Shown: positions 9,801-17,054, counted from the stretch's first letter. The stretch is DNA of 24,166 nucleotides from an uncultured archaeon (GCA_964590575.1 CAZPWM010000035.1:6309-30474), one strand, 5' to 3'. A program made the numbers and translations. The notes: generated by a model not told the origin, from the sequence alone.

Positions 9801-11316
9801 TGTATTTGTCATTAGGAGCTCTAATCATCTCGTTTGCGATGAATGCTGTAACTGGTCCCCCAGTAGCTGTTTTAATATAAATCGTAGCACGTTCAACATG
9901 GATGTTGTCTGTAGCTGTGAGTTCAATTTTCATATAGGTGTCATAAATAGTTGGATGTGCAGGGTACAACGGATCTAGGATAACATTAGGTGTTTCTGTA
10001 TCACTCAAAAGAATAGACACTGTATCCATTAATGTGATGATGTCCTCTCTTCCATCTTCATTGATATCAAATGAAATGACCTGATAGAATGGTCCTGGAA
10101 GCCGATTTTCTTCATATCCAATCGCTCCATTACTTCCCCTTATCAGTGTCAGCTGCCCTCGTGGACCTTCCATAGCCAAATCCGTATATGAGTCTGAATC
10201 TAAAACTGCCGCGGCAAACCCTCGATACCAGTAACAGGAAACCGCTTCCTGTGAGTGTCTGATTAATGTACCAGAATATCCATCGAAGAACCATGCTATA
10301 TGCCACATTGTTGGTACAACTACAAGATCATCTATGGAGTCATCATTGAAAGAGCCCGTTTTGACATAGATATCTCCGTAATAATCAGGAATCTTTCTAA
10401 CAAAGCTAGCCGTCAGATTATTACCATAAATTCCTACTAGTTCACTAGTTCCTAACTCTTGATTCATTAGTGTGATAGCTAGATCATCCAGTTCGCTGCG
10501 TCTAGAATGAAGTGTCATGTCACTAGCAGTAGACATGCTTGGGTACTCACTCCACTGCACAGGCGTCCCATCACCTGCTATGGTTTCAACATTCACTTTT
10601 TGCAACCCCCAATCAGTACTGAGAATTGCAATCTCATCCTGCGAAGATACTGAGAAATTCCCTGCAATAGCTCTTTTTATCTCTGGCATGGGATTATAGA
10701 CTCCAATTTGGCTTCCATCATTCAGATCAATCATTAGGATGAAATCCGTGTTGTAGATGGCAGCATCTGTCAGACTATCCGCGGTGAAGTTTCCAAAAAT
10801 AATCTCAGTGGGTCCTGGAACAGGACAGTTATAGTATGTGACGGAACTTGCATCAAAATCAGCAATAACTAGCTGCTCATTTGCTGTTGTTTCATTGAAC
10901 ATAATGAAGAGAAATTCGGTATAACCATCACCATCTATGTCAGCTCCTGTAAGCGTTTCGTGAAACACTCCACCGGGTCCGATTAAAAGCGAGTCATTTA
11001 GTTGGTTGATCGGATCTTTGAAGCGAATAGTTTCTTCATGAACATACGCGAATCCGGACCCTATAGGGATTGTACCTAGAGCAATCGAATACACCTGATA
11101 TGGTAGCTTAACTCTAATGAAGTTGGATGCTGTGGAGTAGCCAGTTTCGATAGGAATGACATCTCCTTTTACTACGGGCTGCACCATGCCCATATCTGAA
11201 GATGGGGTCAATAAGAAGAGTATCGTGATGAATAACACACTCCACTTCAACAGATACGAGTGTCTTCCTGAATATTCTCTTGTAGTTGGTCTAAATCTTG
11301 ATGAGGATGATGTCAT
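3805..11316 (-). CDS. Giant surface protein: two FG-GAP/VCBS-type beta-propellers, tandem Ig-like domains, 7 TM helices, acidic tail
   Basis: Uninterrupted ORF of about 2503 aa. ATG 11316 is preferred over TTG 11325 because AGGAG directly abuts the TTG. N-terminal hydrophobic segment WSVLFITILFLL; repeated DxDxDGxxD/E motifs; 12 tandem ~95-aa repeats; many NxS/T sequons; seven hydrophobic helices at about aa 2115-2375. Confidence 0.88.
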   Translation of the reverse strand: MTSSSSRFRPTTREYSGRHSYLLKWSVLFITILFLLTPSSDMGMVQPVVKGDVIPIETGYSTASNFIRVKLPYQVYSIALGTIPIGSGFAYVHEETIRFKDPINQLNDSLLIGPGGVFHETLTGADIDGDGYTEFLFIMFNETTANEQLVIADFDASSVTYYNCPVPGPTEIIFGNFTADSLTDAAIYNTDFILMIDLNDGSQIGVYNPMPEIKRAIAGNFSVSSQDEIAILSTDWGLQKVNVETIAGDGTPVQWSEYPSMSTASDMTLHSRRSELDDLAITLMNQELGTSELVGIYGNNLTASFVRKIPDYYGDIYVKTGSFNDDSIDDLVVVPTMWHIAWFFDGYSGTLIRHSQEAVSCYWYRGFAAAVLDSDSYTDLAMEGPRGQLTLIRGSNGAIGYEENRLPGPFYQVISFDINEDGREDIITLMDTVSILLSDTETPNVILDPLYPAHPTIYDTYMKIELTATDNIHVERATIYIKTATGGPVTAFIANEMIRAPNDKYIYITTDLQAGEYLYYIEIIDAYLNSFAYGNETNPETLNVEDHFADGFYFNATIDHAMGHVLAQGNNTIGDELIHIITIDSTARTATLRTFAPNGTAISDVIIGSTKPYDSFEVYSGMHDGDAILDPVVVRYNSTHTIFYVFHGIDLTSWKNVAYKEVPVINENPIFVFDDDQDGFDEIHYVEGNYSTRSIRRIEHDFSIAITDALLDNNDVVGMAYATIVGARPQIAILRDNSRVDIYQAYNLTKLKTLDYSSPGLTLGDMPLGIAPYKNSTHVSEQFLVAYSGWSGDTPTIYLCLIDYQTLQVGDAPYTELLGDHIKGVFPYDVDSDEIDELFVFEESGNISLCDLADATPRQWSVFVSEAFPTSVVTLDYDGDGADEFLISTSDDMLTAINFQGVVEYQAQVGMIFNMVKVTSVDAGVGEDIAAFPVLRARYSLATIRNIDLLYILNTTFVLESSTTLQGSNIWANATVLNAYNEPVSDSVVSLKFEYEFGGGTSQQTLGLVYDEIMHLYTTIITPNWPMGMVNLTLNVNHDYYDPFTQFEADALRVESPLAISIIREPELLQGNDLQVNITVTDSLGGKVVNADVTLTFDATEYVATHVGQFYWILIPSVTKAPGSYALLVSANHSYATSVKNLASSVSIFTNTLNIARSAPSQVTQDQYFVIWLNITDTYGNSISGADVRISFDGNEFPLSEIQSGKYRLNTAAALPVGNYTAKITVEHPYVEGRNFGEFYMVVTGNLYPVINYVSTVNGGENFTVSIFIYDSYGAFPDGAWAVVELDGSNFTAQYISGAEFSVELNASLAIGHQSFVVYVGSDFGSPRSDYHDLFVYSLASMDLDSSLGWILSQGNSTFLTLTLTDWDGNPITGATVTMLSPGSLAFIDNWDGTYSVTLDTNGYSPGNYSLIVYADHPYLIEADFHHTLTVNGQAVVDAEILELVWNHQNVTMYFAVIDIYGNPLSNFDYTLTFAGTYSKSGTSDWYELSWEFLPDLYPASYPLDIVIDGNFIAHYEYTIWVDVRGTPNASVVSPLNGSVISQGDQINFTVHVEDLSGYDIAGCQVSVTIHGSSYTLTEGIPGFYSRNIPTAGFPLGQYNAIIRVIHTYLDSQEVSMDLSLEGFADVKLSYSPFPVQNKNDVTFNFTVTDQYGNPLSGFNYTLDFAGVYNLTGTSSSYRLSWTVDPSFTPGKYLLNMTLNGTYLLYSMFSFSIDVQGVVSATILTPTDYSAFSQGTPIQFTVHVQDELFFNITGADVELDLLGSTFALTETSQGIYMVTLATTQLPLGEYTAKITASQGFMDTYTAYVHFSITGSAHITVVTNPTTVLNYQNVTFDISVFDQWDNPIYTFSYIFDFGGIYSISGISTASLKSWTILPEVVPGTYALNITIAGIHFPSETRIFNIQVTSDTIASVLSPLNEDQFIQGTEDILFTLNLEDMLGNVMIGGSVSVLIHDSFYILTDLVNGTYSILVSTDGWAAGVYNYTLMVEHSFLSQDATFRGSVEILAELSFKIEYYPERPVKGEYVNITIEVSDKYGNPMSGLSVYVTFRNHTEIAIETSQKGTYFVSFIVTGAGFGEDNIVVSAEGTTCIAGVGSVTAEVIVPAPQLSMDMENFGILVLGSFLISFIGLLLYFKISSGLSITRGSQAQLTRGIRRLDYLYLGVVGIAGLTVVHSYMSAGAGNYDLAVLESVLLLGISLILYGIWLYRDATSAILQSQAVSRRRMFLGLWHLIFVPFVIMQLFDWGRSIEWLDFYVLQNVFHLGELEVPTIMMTIFAAYISSIVIVVVNLYREISKGLYRIGEMAVLGTPPIVVEQECVDLVEKLGSSIRTKFFMFLVVLAGTSVLTMDFLKSYSLGVIVLMPVVFLVVVPYLSSKMARSITKVSRSRRDGVGEDKALSEIADEPIDTGTSFDVGPYYGPETKIESEEIVMPSVDDESEPEEEIGEPKASRGLTKKELIELLPEKVKESVGFAELKKLSKDQIEALVELEEMGSKSSDVEESE
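5000..8460 (-). repeat. 12 tandem Ig-like (beta-sandwich) protein repeats inside the giant CDS
   Basis: Recurring pattern (Q/N)G..hxhxhxD.xG.Ph..A.V ... Gx Y.h.h ... (P/L)G.Y.h.h...H.Y roughly every 95 aa. Boundaries approximate. Confidence 0.8.
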
Positions 11317-11518
11317 CTTTAGCAATCTCCTTTTGATTCTTAAGCATCCTTAATTTGGTGCACTATGCATGGTATAGCCTCAATACAGCCAACCAATCAT
11401 TATGATATTCATAGTATGTGTATTTAGAATTCCTCGCATGTAATAATACGAAAAATAGGGATTTGTTTAGACTTCAGATAAAATTGTTAGGTTTCAAATT
11501 CTCCAGGAATAGAATAAG

Positions 11519-11675
11519 GTTGGTGGCAAGCGCCGACAAGGCAAATGGTAGGAGGGGGGAGTTATGAGGGCATGTTACAGAAAATGTTGCCCTATCAGCC
11601 GCCTGTCCACCATTCCTCCATTGAACGAGGTTCCTAATAAGCCTCACCATCCTGAGGTTCAAGAGGAAAAATGGT
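11519..11675 (+). other. Structured, GC-richer intergenic element (candidate ncRNA or leader)
   Basis: Three consecutive stem-loops seen by eye, with G-U pairs favouring the + strand; see findings. Confidence 0.35.
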
Positions 11676-11724
11676 TGATTCCGGTAGCAAAAGGCTATTC
11701 AATGAGCGCAATCAGCCAATAATT

Positions 11725-12171
11725 ATGTCCGATAGCCAAGACGCGCATAGATATGACATGAACAGCAACTGGGTGAGAGACAAAATCGTCACCATAGAGA
11801 TTGAAGGTAAGCCAGATTTTCAGGTTGCCACACCTCCTGATTTTTGGCCTGACAGTCCAAAAGATATCATCTCTCCTGAAGACCTCTTTGTAGCATCCGC
11901 TCTCTCTTGTTATGGTGTGTCCCTGTCGGGTGTAGCAAAACGATTTCATGGAGAATTCAAGGACTTTCATCTATCTGCAACAGGCACCCTACAAAAAGGG
12001 GAATTTGGCTGGGAGTTTGAACAGATCACAATCAATGCTAAGATCATGGTTGAAACTGAGAAAGACCGAAAAAGAATGACAAAGGCAGCTGAGAGGGCTC
12101 ATCAATATTGTCTTGTAACCAACTCAATGAAATGCCCTATTCATCTCAACTTTGAAATAGCCATTGAGTGA
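11725..12171 (+). CDS. OsmC/Ohr family protein
   Basis: SPEDLFVASALSCY and AHQYCLVTNSM carry the two conserved Cys. Start is uncertain (11725 or 11671). Confidence 0.88.
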   Translation: MSDSQDAHRYDMNSNWVRDKIVTIEIEGKPDFQVATPPDFWPDSPKDIISPEDLFVASALSCYGVSLSGVAKRFHGEFKDFHLSATGTLQKGEFGWEFEQITINAKIMVETEKDRKRMTKAAERAHQYCLVTNSMKCPIHLNFEIAIE

Positions 12172-12260
12172 TACGACAATCGGGCATAAGACCTGCCCTA
12201 TTGGAAATTCATTGCTAGCCATAGTAATTGTGGAGTCAGAAATTATCATTGGTTAATCAT

Positions 12261-12644
12261 TCATTCAATAGGGAGTTGAGGCAAAGGAATCTCTGCTGTA
12301 TATTCCGTACCGCACTCACAATTCAGGTTTACTGACCATCGCTTTGGTACTGGAACATTGAAATTCTTGATATGATTGGAAAGACTATCTCGCACTCCGG
12401 TTAGTAGTTTCACGTAAGCATCAGACAGAGTTATGATTTCTGCTGGGAAGTCCAGATCAGATAGAAAATACCTGAATGCTTTCTGACACTCAGGACATGC
12501 TGTATGTAGTAAGTGTGTAACATCGCCACAGTTGGCACACTTTATCTCATCCCGATTGAGTTTTGGTGCAATTGGTACCTCCAATTTCAAGTCATTCTGG
12601 TGACCACAAACATAGCAGTAATATCGAAGTGGAAGCTCTGGCAT
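12261..12644 (-). CDS. Multi-Cys zinc-ribbon hypothetical protein
   Basis: CYVC, CANC, CPEC and CEC motifs in 127 aa; GAGG motif upstream of the ATG. Confidence 0.75.
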   Translation of the reverse strand: MPELPLRYYCYVCGHQNDLKLEVPIAPKLNRDEIKCANCGDVTHLLHTACPECQKAFRYFLSDLDFPAEIITLSDAYVKLLTGVRDSLSNHIKNFNVPVPKRWSVNLNCECGTEYTAEIPLPQLPIE

Positions 12645-12859
12645 TGTTACATCCTCATCTCGTCGTTGAACTGACCTTTATGCATCTTTCGCTAAAAGTA
12701 TAGTGTGTATATTTGGAAACTCAATACCAATGTATCCGTACTTGATTCTCTTTTTTGAAAATTCCGCAAGATTTACAGAAATTATCTTTCCTTGTATCTC
12801 ATCATTAATATATTAACAATAGTTAATTAACCGTATAAAGATATGGGTTGTTGATAAAC

Positions 12860-13393
12860 CTAGTCGCTAGTCTCTCGAAGGTCTTTCTTATACATCTCAA
12901 TACTTTCAACATAATCATCCAAATAGATGTCTATCGCTTTTCTTGCTTCACCAGTTGGGTCTAAATCCCGCATATATTTCGCTGGAACTCCTGCGTAGAT
13001 TTTGTTTGGTTCAGTTTGGGTCTTGTTGTGGAGAAGTGCAGAGTTGGCAATCATTGCTCCCTTGGCTACTTTGCTGCCAAGCATTAGAACTGCACCCATC
13101 CCAATAGCTGCATTATCGTCAATAGATTCTGCATGGATTGTAGCGTTGTGACCTATATTCACCCGTCGTCCTATTCTAGTCACGAAACTGGGATCGGAGT
13201 GGATGACCGCTCCATCTTGAACATTTGTTTCGTCTCCAATTTCGATTCTTCCACGGTCTCCACGAATAGACGCCATGGGTGCAACAAAGACCCGTTCTCC
13301 TATTTTCACATCTCCAATTACTGAAGCCTGTGGATGAACATATGCTGTTGGTGCTATTTCTGGTTTCTTATCTCCAAGCTCATAGATTGTCAT
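12860..13393 (-). CDS. Gamma-class carbonic anhydrase-like hexapeptide-repeat protein (YrdA/CaiE/PaaY family)
   Basis: ASIRGD, NVQDGAVIH and IGHNATIH (three metal-ligand His), AIGMGA, YAGVPAK. Start ATG 13393 or TTG 13402. Confidence 0.92.
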   Translation of the reverse strand: MTIYELGDKKPEIAPTAYVHPQASVIGDVKIGERVFVAPMASIRGDRGRIEIGDETNVQDGAVIHSDPSFVTRIGRRVNIGHNATIHAESIDDNAAIGMGAVLMLGSKVAKGAMIANSALLHNKTQTEPNKIYAGVPAKYMRDLDPTGEARKAIDIYLDDYVESIEMYKKDLRETSD

Positions 13394-13622
13394 GATGTTC
13401 AACTCTTTTTCAGAATTCCAACGTATTGTGATTGGTCATCTATTTGTAACAGTTTCTCTACCTGCCATCCTCCCTTTTCTGCAAGCATCTCCATCTCACT
13501 CCACGGGTCGGACATGCATTTAGCACTGATACACTTACGGAAAAGGGAATCGGTTTTTTGGACTAATGTGAGGAACTGTTTAATCAAATTGTATGCAATG
13601 GAACCCATTACGCGATGGGAGA

Positions 13623-14339
13623 ATGAAGCACTTGAATGAGCAAGAACCAACTATGGTGATATCTGTCTATGGTGGCAAAAAAGCTGATGTCAAGGAGTCG
13701 ATTGAAAGAAATCTGGAACTCACCGATGAAAGTTTCTATCAGACTTGGCTAAGCGTAAATGTGATGAAGCAACTTGGCTTCTTGTTCGAAGGAGGCGTTG
13801 AGAGCTCTGGTGGTATCGTGGAGATGATCGTTATGTTCATCTTTGTCGTAATTATCCTCGCAGCTTTTGCTTTCTGGCAGGTAGTTATCTTCATCATTGT
13901 GATACTTGTTCTTGCTATCTTCAGTGGTGGAGCATCATTCAAGTTCATCAGGGGTACTTTCATTGAGGCCGATCACACCAAGATTGACTTAGCAAAGCTT
14001 GAGCTTTTTGTGAAGGAGCAGGTTGAGAGAGGCCGCTTTGTTAAAGTGGAATCTAAGGTTGTAGAAGACAGTCTCAGCGATTTTACCAGACAGTCCACAA
14101 AAGCCACCAGAATGTTTCGAAATGGTATCAAGCTTTCACTAATCATTTCCACCATCTTCTTGATTGTGGAGGTTGCATATCGTATCTTGACGAATCATTG
14201 GCTCTCAGGTCTGAATCCCGTTACAGGGACTCTCGAGCTCTGGGTTTTGTTCGGTTTTGGTCTTGTATTTCTGATTGGAATACTCGCGATGGATATTGGT
14301 ATATTGATGCGGAGACGCTTGATCAAATCCCTCGCTTAA
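13623..14339 (+). CDS. Hypothetical membrane protein
   Basis: About 40-aa hydrophobic hairpin, a soluble loop, then two more TM segments. Start uncertain (13593-13653). Confidence 0.7.
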   Translation: MKHLNEQEPTMVISVYGGKKADVKESIERNLELTDESFYQTWLSVNVMKQLGFLFEGGVESSGGIVEMIVMFIFVVIILAAFAFWQVVIFIIVILVLAIFSGGASFKFIRGTFIEADHTKIDLAKLELFVKEQVERGRFVKVESKVVEDSLSDFTRQSTKATRMFRNGIKLSLIISTIFLIVEVAYRILTNHWLSGLNPVTGTLELWVLFGFGLVFLIGILAMDIGILMRRRLIKSLA

Positions 14340-14340
14340 A

Positions 14341-15606
14341 TCACACAACATCAAAAACAATTGCCCAGAACTCGCGTTCGGTGACCCCGGTTCTAAGGTC
14401 TTTCAGCTCACCCTTTATCTTATCGAAGGCAACCTTGGACTGTGTCTTCTTGTGCTCTTCATGAGTCCGCTTCACACGCTCAGTAATTTCCCGTGCTTGT
14501 TTAGGAGTGGCTTTCACTCCGCCCATCTTCAAGAGATATTCGACAAAGTGTCTGCCTACGAACTTACCAAGATGGAATTCTCTTCTTCTACCAACAAGAG
14601 TCGGACTGATGGGCTCATAGGTCATTGAATGTGTAAGTTGCCCGTGAGAGTGGATTCCACTTGAGTGTGTGAACGCATTATCGCCGCTGATTGCTTTATG
14701 GAGTGGTAGTGGTACAACAAAATGGCGTTCAACTAGTTTGGAGAGACCGTAGAGTTTCTCTGTTTCAACACCTGTGTCTATCCCGTAGAGCTCTTCCAAA
14801 GCCATCACAATCTCTTCATAGGCTGCATTACCGGCACGTTCTCCGTAGGCATTAACACAAACTTGTGGGTGTGTCACTCCTTCTTCGATAGCCGCCAGAG
14901 TGTTTGCTGTAGCTAAACCAAAATCATCATGGCAATGAGCTGACATGGGCACCTTGTATTTTGACTTACTCCAGAGACGTTCCTTGATCTGGCGAACAAT
15001 GTGTTTCATCACTTCTGGACGTACGAATCCAACTGTATCAGCTATACATATCTTGTCAGCCCCTGCATCAATAGCTGTCCTGTAAGCTTCACATAGGAAC
15101 TCCATATCACTTCGAGTGGCATCCTCTGCAATGTAGTCAATTGTGAGACCATGTTCTTTTCCAAACTCAATACAATCAGAGAGTCGTTCAAGCATCTCTT
15201 CTCGAGTCATTCTAAGCTGATACTTTAGTCTGAAGTCAGATGTAGCGATAAATATTGGGACTTCTTTCACACCAGCTTCGATGCATGCTTCAATATCTGT
15301 GATTACTGCGCGTGCGGGTGCTGCAACTCTCGCTCTACTGAGACCTTCCTTTGCAATTGCTGTGACCGCTTTCTTTTCTTCCTGACTGACTGCTGGGAAT
15401 CCAACTGCAACAATCGCTGTACCGACCTCATCAAGTTTCTTGGCAATCTCTATCTTCTCATCAATAGTGAGGGCAACACCCGGAGTTTGCTCTCCATCCC
15501 GTAGAGTTTCATCCCAGATGTAGACTCTTTTGGGTAGCGACTTTGACTTAGTATCTGGTACTTTGTTGTAGTTAACGGCAAGTCCTGCTTTCTCTAGGTT
15601 TTCCAT
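14341..15606 (-). CDS. DRE-TIM metallolyase of the 2-isopropylmalate/homocitrate/citramalate synthase family, lacking the C-terminal allosteric domain
   Basis: DETLRDGEQTPG, EDATR, ADTVG, HCHDDFGLATAN, GERAGNA, HSSGIH...TYE. Only 421 aa. Substrate cannot be assigned from sequence. Confidence 0.9.
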   Translation of the reverse strand: MENLEKAGLAVNYNKVPDTKSKSLPKRVYIWDETLRDGEQTPGVALTIDEKIEIAKKLDEVGTAIVAVGFPAVSQEEKKAVTAIAKEGLSRARVAAPARAVITDIEACIEAGVKEVPIFIATSDFRLKYQLRMTREEMLERLSDCIEFGKEHGLTIDYIAEDATRSDMEFLCEAYRTAIDAGADKICIADTVGFVRPEVMKHIVRQIKERLWSKSKYKVPMSAHCHDDFGLATANTLAAIEEGVTHPQVCVNAYGERAGNAAYEEIVMALEELYGIDTGVETEKLYGLSKLVERHFVVPLPLHKAISGDNAFTHSSGIHSHGQLTHSMTYEPISPTLVGRRREFHLGKFVGRHFVEYLLKMGGVKATPKQAREITERVKRTHEEHKKTQSKVAFDKIKGELKDLRTGVTEREFWAIVFDVV

Positions 15607-15634
15607 TATTCTTGCCTACCTGTTGGGATTCTAT

Positions 15635-16183
15635 CTACTTGAAGTGGTAACGACCAAGTGTTGGTGCATTCTCTATACCCTGATCCAGCATAACTATTTC
15701 CTTATCATACTCTTCCTTTGTTATCTGGCCTTTCTCTAGAGCGGCTTTTACTTTTCCCTTCTTGTATTGGAATTTCGCACTCTCAATGTGTGCTAGTCTT
15801 AACGATGATTCCATCTCTGGTTTTGCACCTGTCTTCTCTCCAATGCCTTCAAGCATTGGCATCCAGCAGATCTCTTCAACGTGGAATGCGAACTCTAGAC
15901 CTCTTTCAAGAATTCGGTTCCAGACTGGGCATTTCTTTACTAGAATTGTCTTTTCATCCACTACAACATCAAGACCAATGGCACCGAATAACTGCCCTGC
16001 AATTGCGGCAGCAGTGAGTGCTCCATTTCCTCCAGCTTTCTCGGCGATTTCGAGACCCATTTGTTTGAAACCTCGAGCATATCCTTCGTACATCGACAGT
16101 GGTCCTGTATTGTCTCTTAGTCCCCACCACATTCCATCAAGAAGCGCAACAAAACTTGTGCGGAGTGTTTCCAATTCGTTCAT
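15635..16183 (-). CDS. DUF6125/V4R-like small-molecule-binding protein
   Basis: ATG 16183 overlaps the nitroreductase stop (ATGA). LDGMWW helix and KKCPVW...EICW Cys pattern typical of V4R/HNOB-like folds; family call tentative. Confidence 0.6.
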   Translation of the reverse strand: MNELETLRTSFVALLDGMWWGLRDNTGPLSMYEGYARGFKQMGLEIAEKAGGNGALTAAAIAGQLFGAIGLDVVVDEKTILVKKCPVWNRILERGLEFAFHVEEICWMPMLEGIGEKTGAKPEMESSLRLAHIESAKFQYKKGKVKAALEKGQITKEEYDKEIVMLDQGIENAPTLGRYHFK

Positions 16184-16926
16184 TTCTTGACCCCCTTGAA
16201 AGAGTTCCCCCATTTGTTCAGGAATGCTATCTCCTCTGGTTGTTGCCTGGGAGGCCCAAGTGTTCTCTCGCTCAATGCATATCCAAGAGTCAGACATAGG
16301 ATTGGTACCCAGTGAGGATATGGAATGTCTAGTTTTTCTGAGATTGCCCCCACATCATCGAAATGGTCCAGTTGGACTGATGAGACACAGCTTCCCAGTC
16401 CAAGAGATGATGCGGCAAGAGTCATGTTCTCCATCATCATTGAACCCGCGATTACTGCATGCCTGGGCGATGACCATCCGTACACTCCACCTGTTCCTCG
16501 GAGTGTTGCTTGTGAGTTTCCTACGTGAGTCTGATCGACAGCTAGTACAAGAAGTACAGGCGCACCATTAGTTTCAGGCTTGCCCTTGATATATTCAAAA
16601 CGTTCTCCGGATATGAGAATGTCAATTGTTCGCTCAAGACTTGCCTTTGACTTGATGTAGCTCAGTCGACGTTCCAATTCTTCTCTTGGTGTTGCACGAC
16701 CAAAAAGTTCGATTGTCCTGTCAACAGCTCTCTGACCAATGAATTCTTGCAGTTTCTTGTTTCGGACAACTATGATTCGCCAAGGCTGCTGATTCTCTGC
16801 ACTGGGGGCATATCCGCCCGCCTCAATCACTTGGTACACGAGTTCATCTGGCACATCTCTGGATGTGTCGTAATCTCTTATCGCACGGCGAGTCTTGATT
16901 GTCCGTATCGTTTCATTTTCGCCCAA
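16180..16926 (-). CDS. Nitroreductase family (FMN-binding) protein
   Basis: IKTRRAIRDY, APSAENQQPWRIIVV, ENMTLAASSLGLGSC, LTLGY; TTG start with GGAG upstream. Confidence 0.92.
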   Translation of the reverse strand: MGENETIRTIKTRRAIRDYDTSRDVPDELVYQVIEAGGYAPSAENQQPWRIIVVRNKKLQEFIGQRAVDRTIELFGRATPREELERRLSYIKSKASLERTIDILISGERFEYIKGKPETNGAPVLLVLAVDQTHVGNSQATLRGTGGVYGWSSPRHAVIAGSMMMENMTLAASSLGLGSCVSSVQLDHFDDVGAISEKLDIPYPHWVPILCLTLGYALSERTLGPPRQQPEEIAFLNKWGNSFKGVKK

Positions 16927-16999
16927 GGTAGTAATACTCCAGTCAGTGATGGTTTGGCCGGAGTAAATCTCGCTTAAGTAAGTAACTCATGGACTTGCT

Positions 17000-17045
17000 T
17001 TAAAAACAGAAAGATAATGGGGGACCGTGCAAAGAATACACGGTC
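17000..17045 (-). terminator. Stem-loop plus T-rich tract after the acyl-CoA dehydrogenase gene
   Basis: GACCGTG (17023-17029)/CACGGTC (17039-17045); the minus strand continues ttatctttctgttttt. Confidence 0.55.
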
Positions 17046-17054
17046 TGATTAGCC

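Noticed and set aside
11561-11600. SECIS-like hairpin (ATGA...AAAA loop)
   Set aside because: The 3' arm lacks the GA needed for the tandem G-A quartet, and no neighbouring gene has an evident in-frame TGA readthrough.
11500-11680. RNase P RNA (ACAGAAA and TGAACG-like motifs)
   Set aside because: No GAGGAAAGTCC-type CR-I upstream or matching CR-V downstream; motif order does not fit.
13334-13650. ORFs 13334..13639 (+) and 13399..13650 (-) across a divergent spacer
   Set aside because: They overlap flanking gene starts and have no recognisable motifs; more likely promoter DNA.
16184-16297. N-terminal extension of ORF 15635..16297
   Set aside because: Overlaps the nitroreductase by more than 100 nt; ATGA coupling at 16183 gives a better start.
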